From: Rhizaria sp. SCN 62-66
Taxonomy: Eukaryota
Length of the DNA: 20,000 nucleotides
Reading direction: 5' to 3'
Assembly (NCBI GenBank): GCA_001724265.1
Contig: MEDY01000118.1
Coordinates: forward strand, 54,768-74,767
Below, piece by piece: positions 18,688 through 20,000 of the stretch; within the stretch, counting starts at the first letter, position 1, and each line of letters opens with the position of its first letter. The notes beneath the pieces are model-generated. The model worked only from the letters and a program-made list of their open reading frames with translations. It was not told the origin of the DNA and ran no database searches. Both the position numbers and the translations under genes were made by a program.

Positions 18688-20000
18688 ACTGGGACTGGGA
18701 CTGAGACTGACACACGAGGCGCTTGGGCGGCGCGGCGCTGATCAGTGCGACGACCGCAGACAGCACTGGGGCCAGCGCGGCCTCTGCCGCGGCCTCTGCA
18801 GCAGACTCGACCTCGGCTTCAGTGACAACATCGTCCGCATCTGAGCCGATGATGTTCTTATCAGTCTTGGCCTCGCTCTCTTCGCTGTGAGCAATCGCAT
18901 TCTTGTTACTCTTGGAGCTAGCCTTCTTGCAAGCACTGTTTATGGTCTTGATGATGGGCAAGGGAGCTTCTAAGGGTGGCGCCTCATGTAAGTGATTCCC
19001 AAGCACAACGCCTAAGTAGTCCCCCTCCGAATCCAAGTACCCCGGAGACGCCTGCTTACTCAAAGACGCCGAAACCTCGCTCGCGCTTGCGCGTGCGTTT
19101 GCATCGCGCGCCGCAGCTGCGGGCGAGGCCACGACGCTCGCGAGCGCAGCCAAGGCTTCGGCGTCGCCCCGCAGCCCCCGCAGACCGGCCAGCCTGAGCG
19201 CCACAGCCGTGGCCGCCACCGCCGCCGCCACCGCCCCGGCGCCAGCGCCCGGAGCCGAGGACGTGGCCGTGGCGGCGGAGCCGGCGGCGGGGCCGGCGGG
19301 GCCGAGGGGGCCGACAGGGCCCAGCCAGGAGGGCTGAGCACCGCCGCTGCTGTTGCTGCCCCAGAGGGGAGCTGGGGTCGGCGCAGGCGCGGCCGCAGCC
19401 CCAGCGGCAGCGCTGGCGTGGGAGCCGCCGCTGGCGCTGGCGCTGAGAGGAACGCGGGCGAGCGCGGCCGCATTGCTGTTGCTGTCGAGGCTGGCGCCCG
19501 CTGTGACTGTTGTCGGCTCAAGCGATTGTGGATGTGGCTGCGCAAGAGCAGGACACAGAGAAGCGCCAAATTCTGATGCAGGGGGCACGACAATCGCGAC
19601 GTTAGCGTCGGTCGCAGCGTTGCGGTCAGAAAGAGAGCTCGAGCTCGAGCTCGAACTTGATGTCGTCGAGTCACCCGCGTTGCGCGTATCAGCGCTGCCG
19701 ACAGCGGCAGCCGCAGTTTCTGCCGCGAGCCACAGTTGCGCGCCCCAAACGACCCCCGCGGCCGTCGCGGTCGCCGCGCAGCCGGCCCCGCCGCCTGCGC
19801 CGCCCCCGCTCGCAGCGCCGCTGCCCGCGCCGCCGGGGCCCTCGTGCACGCCCAGCAGCACGGCGGCGACGGCGGCGGCGGCGGGCGCGGCCGCGTGCGC
19901 CGCAACCCACTCGGTGTCGATCGCGACGCACGCACGCACCGGCAGCGCGAACGACGCCGCGGCCGCCGCGGCGGACTCGGAGGCTGCGGCGGCCGCGGCC
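11759..20000 (-). CDS. Giant (>2740 aa) Ala-rich RING-finger protein, RNF10/Mag2-like E3 ubiquitin ligase, with C-terminal UIM; 5' end lies outside the window
   Basis: One stop-free frame runs from the right edge to TAA at 11761..11759; the GTG start at 19939 is an artefact because the frame is open upstream. It contains PPWHAVRAL...CPLCLLSPPRAPVATPRGHVYCLPCALQLL...CPLCAEVVTVGDLRPV, an RNF10-type RING with its upstream W motif and downstream DL-x-x-V. A later weakly RNF10-like block is VLRRLPDSTAIALAL. The UIM is DDEDDWQLAAALRASLE and the basic tail is GKKGKGRGG. The CDS is secure; orthology is only moderately supported. Confidence 0.75.
13875..13921 (-). repeat. Coding trinucleotide repeat (AGC/AAC)n giving a Ser/Asn tract
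   Basis: The plus strand is a CTG/TTG run, encoding SSNNSSNSNSNSSSSS. Similar runs lie near 8765-8799 and 13781-13801. Confidence 0.85.
18639..18710 (-). repeat. Coding hexanucleotide microsatellite, 12 units, encoding (Gln-Ser)12
   Basis: The plus strand shows tandem GACTGA/GACTGG units; the translation is [26 protein letters not shown]. Confidence 0.95.

Noticed and set aside
18639-18710. Tandem repeat as a CRISPR array or telomeric repeat
   Set aside because: It has 6 nt units with no spacers, lies in frame within a CDS and encodes Gln-Ser.
18841-19040. AT-richer patch in the giant ORF as a possible intron
   Set aside because: The nearest donor-like site is GTACTT rather than GTACG, the sequence before the candidate AG is purine-rich, and the patch translates without stops.

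Overview
This window is eukaryotic nuclear DNA, probably from a protist, not a prokaryote. GC-rich exons alternate with AT-richer spacers and 90-202 nt spliceosomal introns. I reconstructed five genes by hand, with reading frame conserved across every junction. (1) A 3'-truncated minus-strand gene for a probable mitochondrial single-pass membrane protein, whose main frame is absent from the ORF track. (2) A 278 aa TPR-like protein. (3) COG5, inflated to about 1857 aa by low-complexity insertions. (4) A compact 301 aa exosome subunit RRP45/EXOSC9 with 5 introns. (5) A 5'-truncated, apparently intronless ORF of more than 2740 aa resembling the RNF10/Mag2 RING E3 ligase. The most striking signals are these. 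All 10 introns start with GTACG rather than GTRAG. An orphan splice acceptor abuts the RRP45 start codon. The giant E3-like protein has a split, degenerate RING, a C-terminal UIM and a possible DEDDy exonuclease motif. Protein family calls come from remembered motifs, not database searches.
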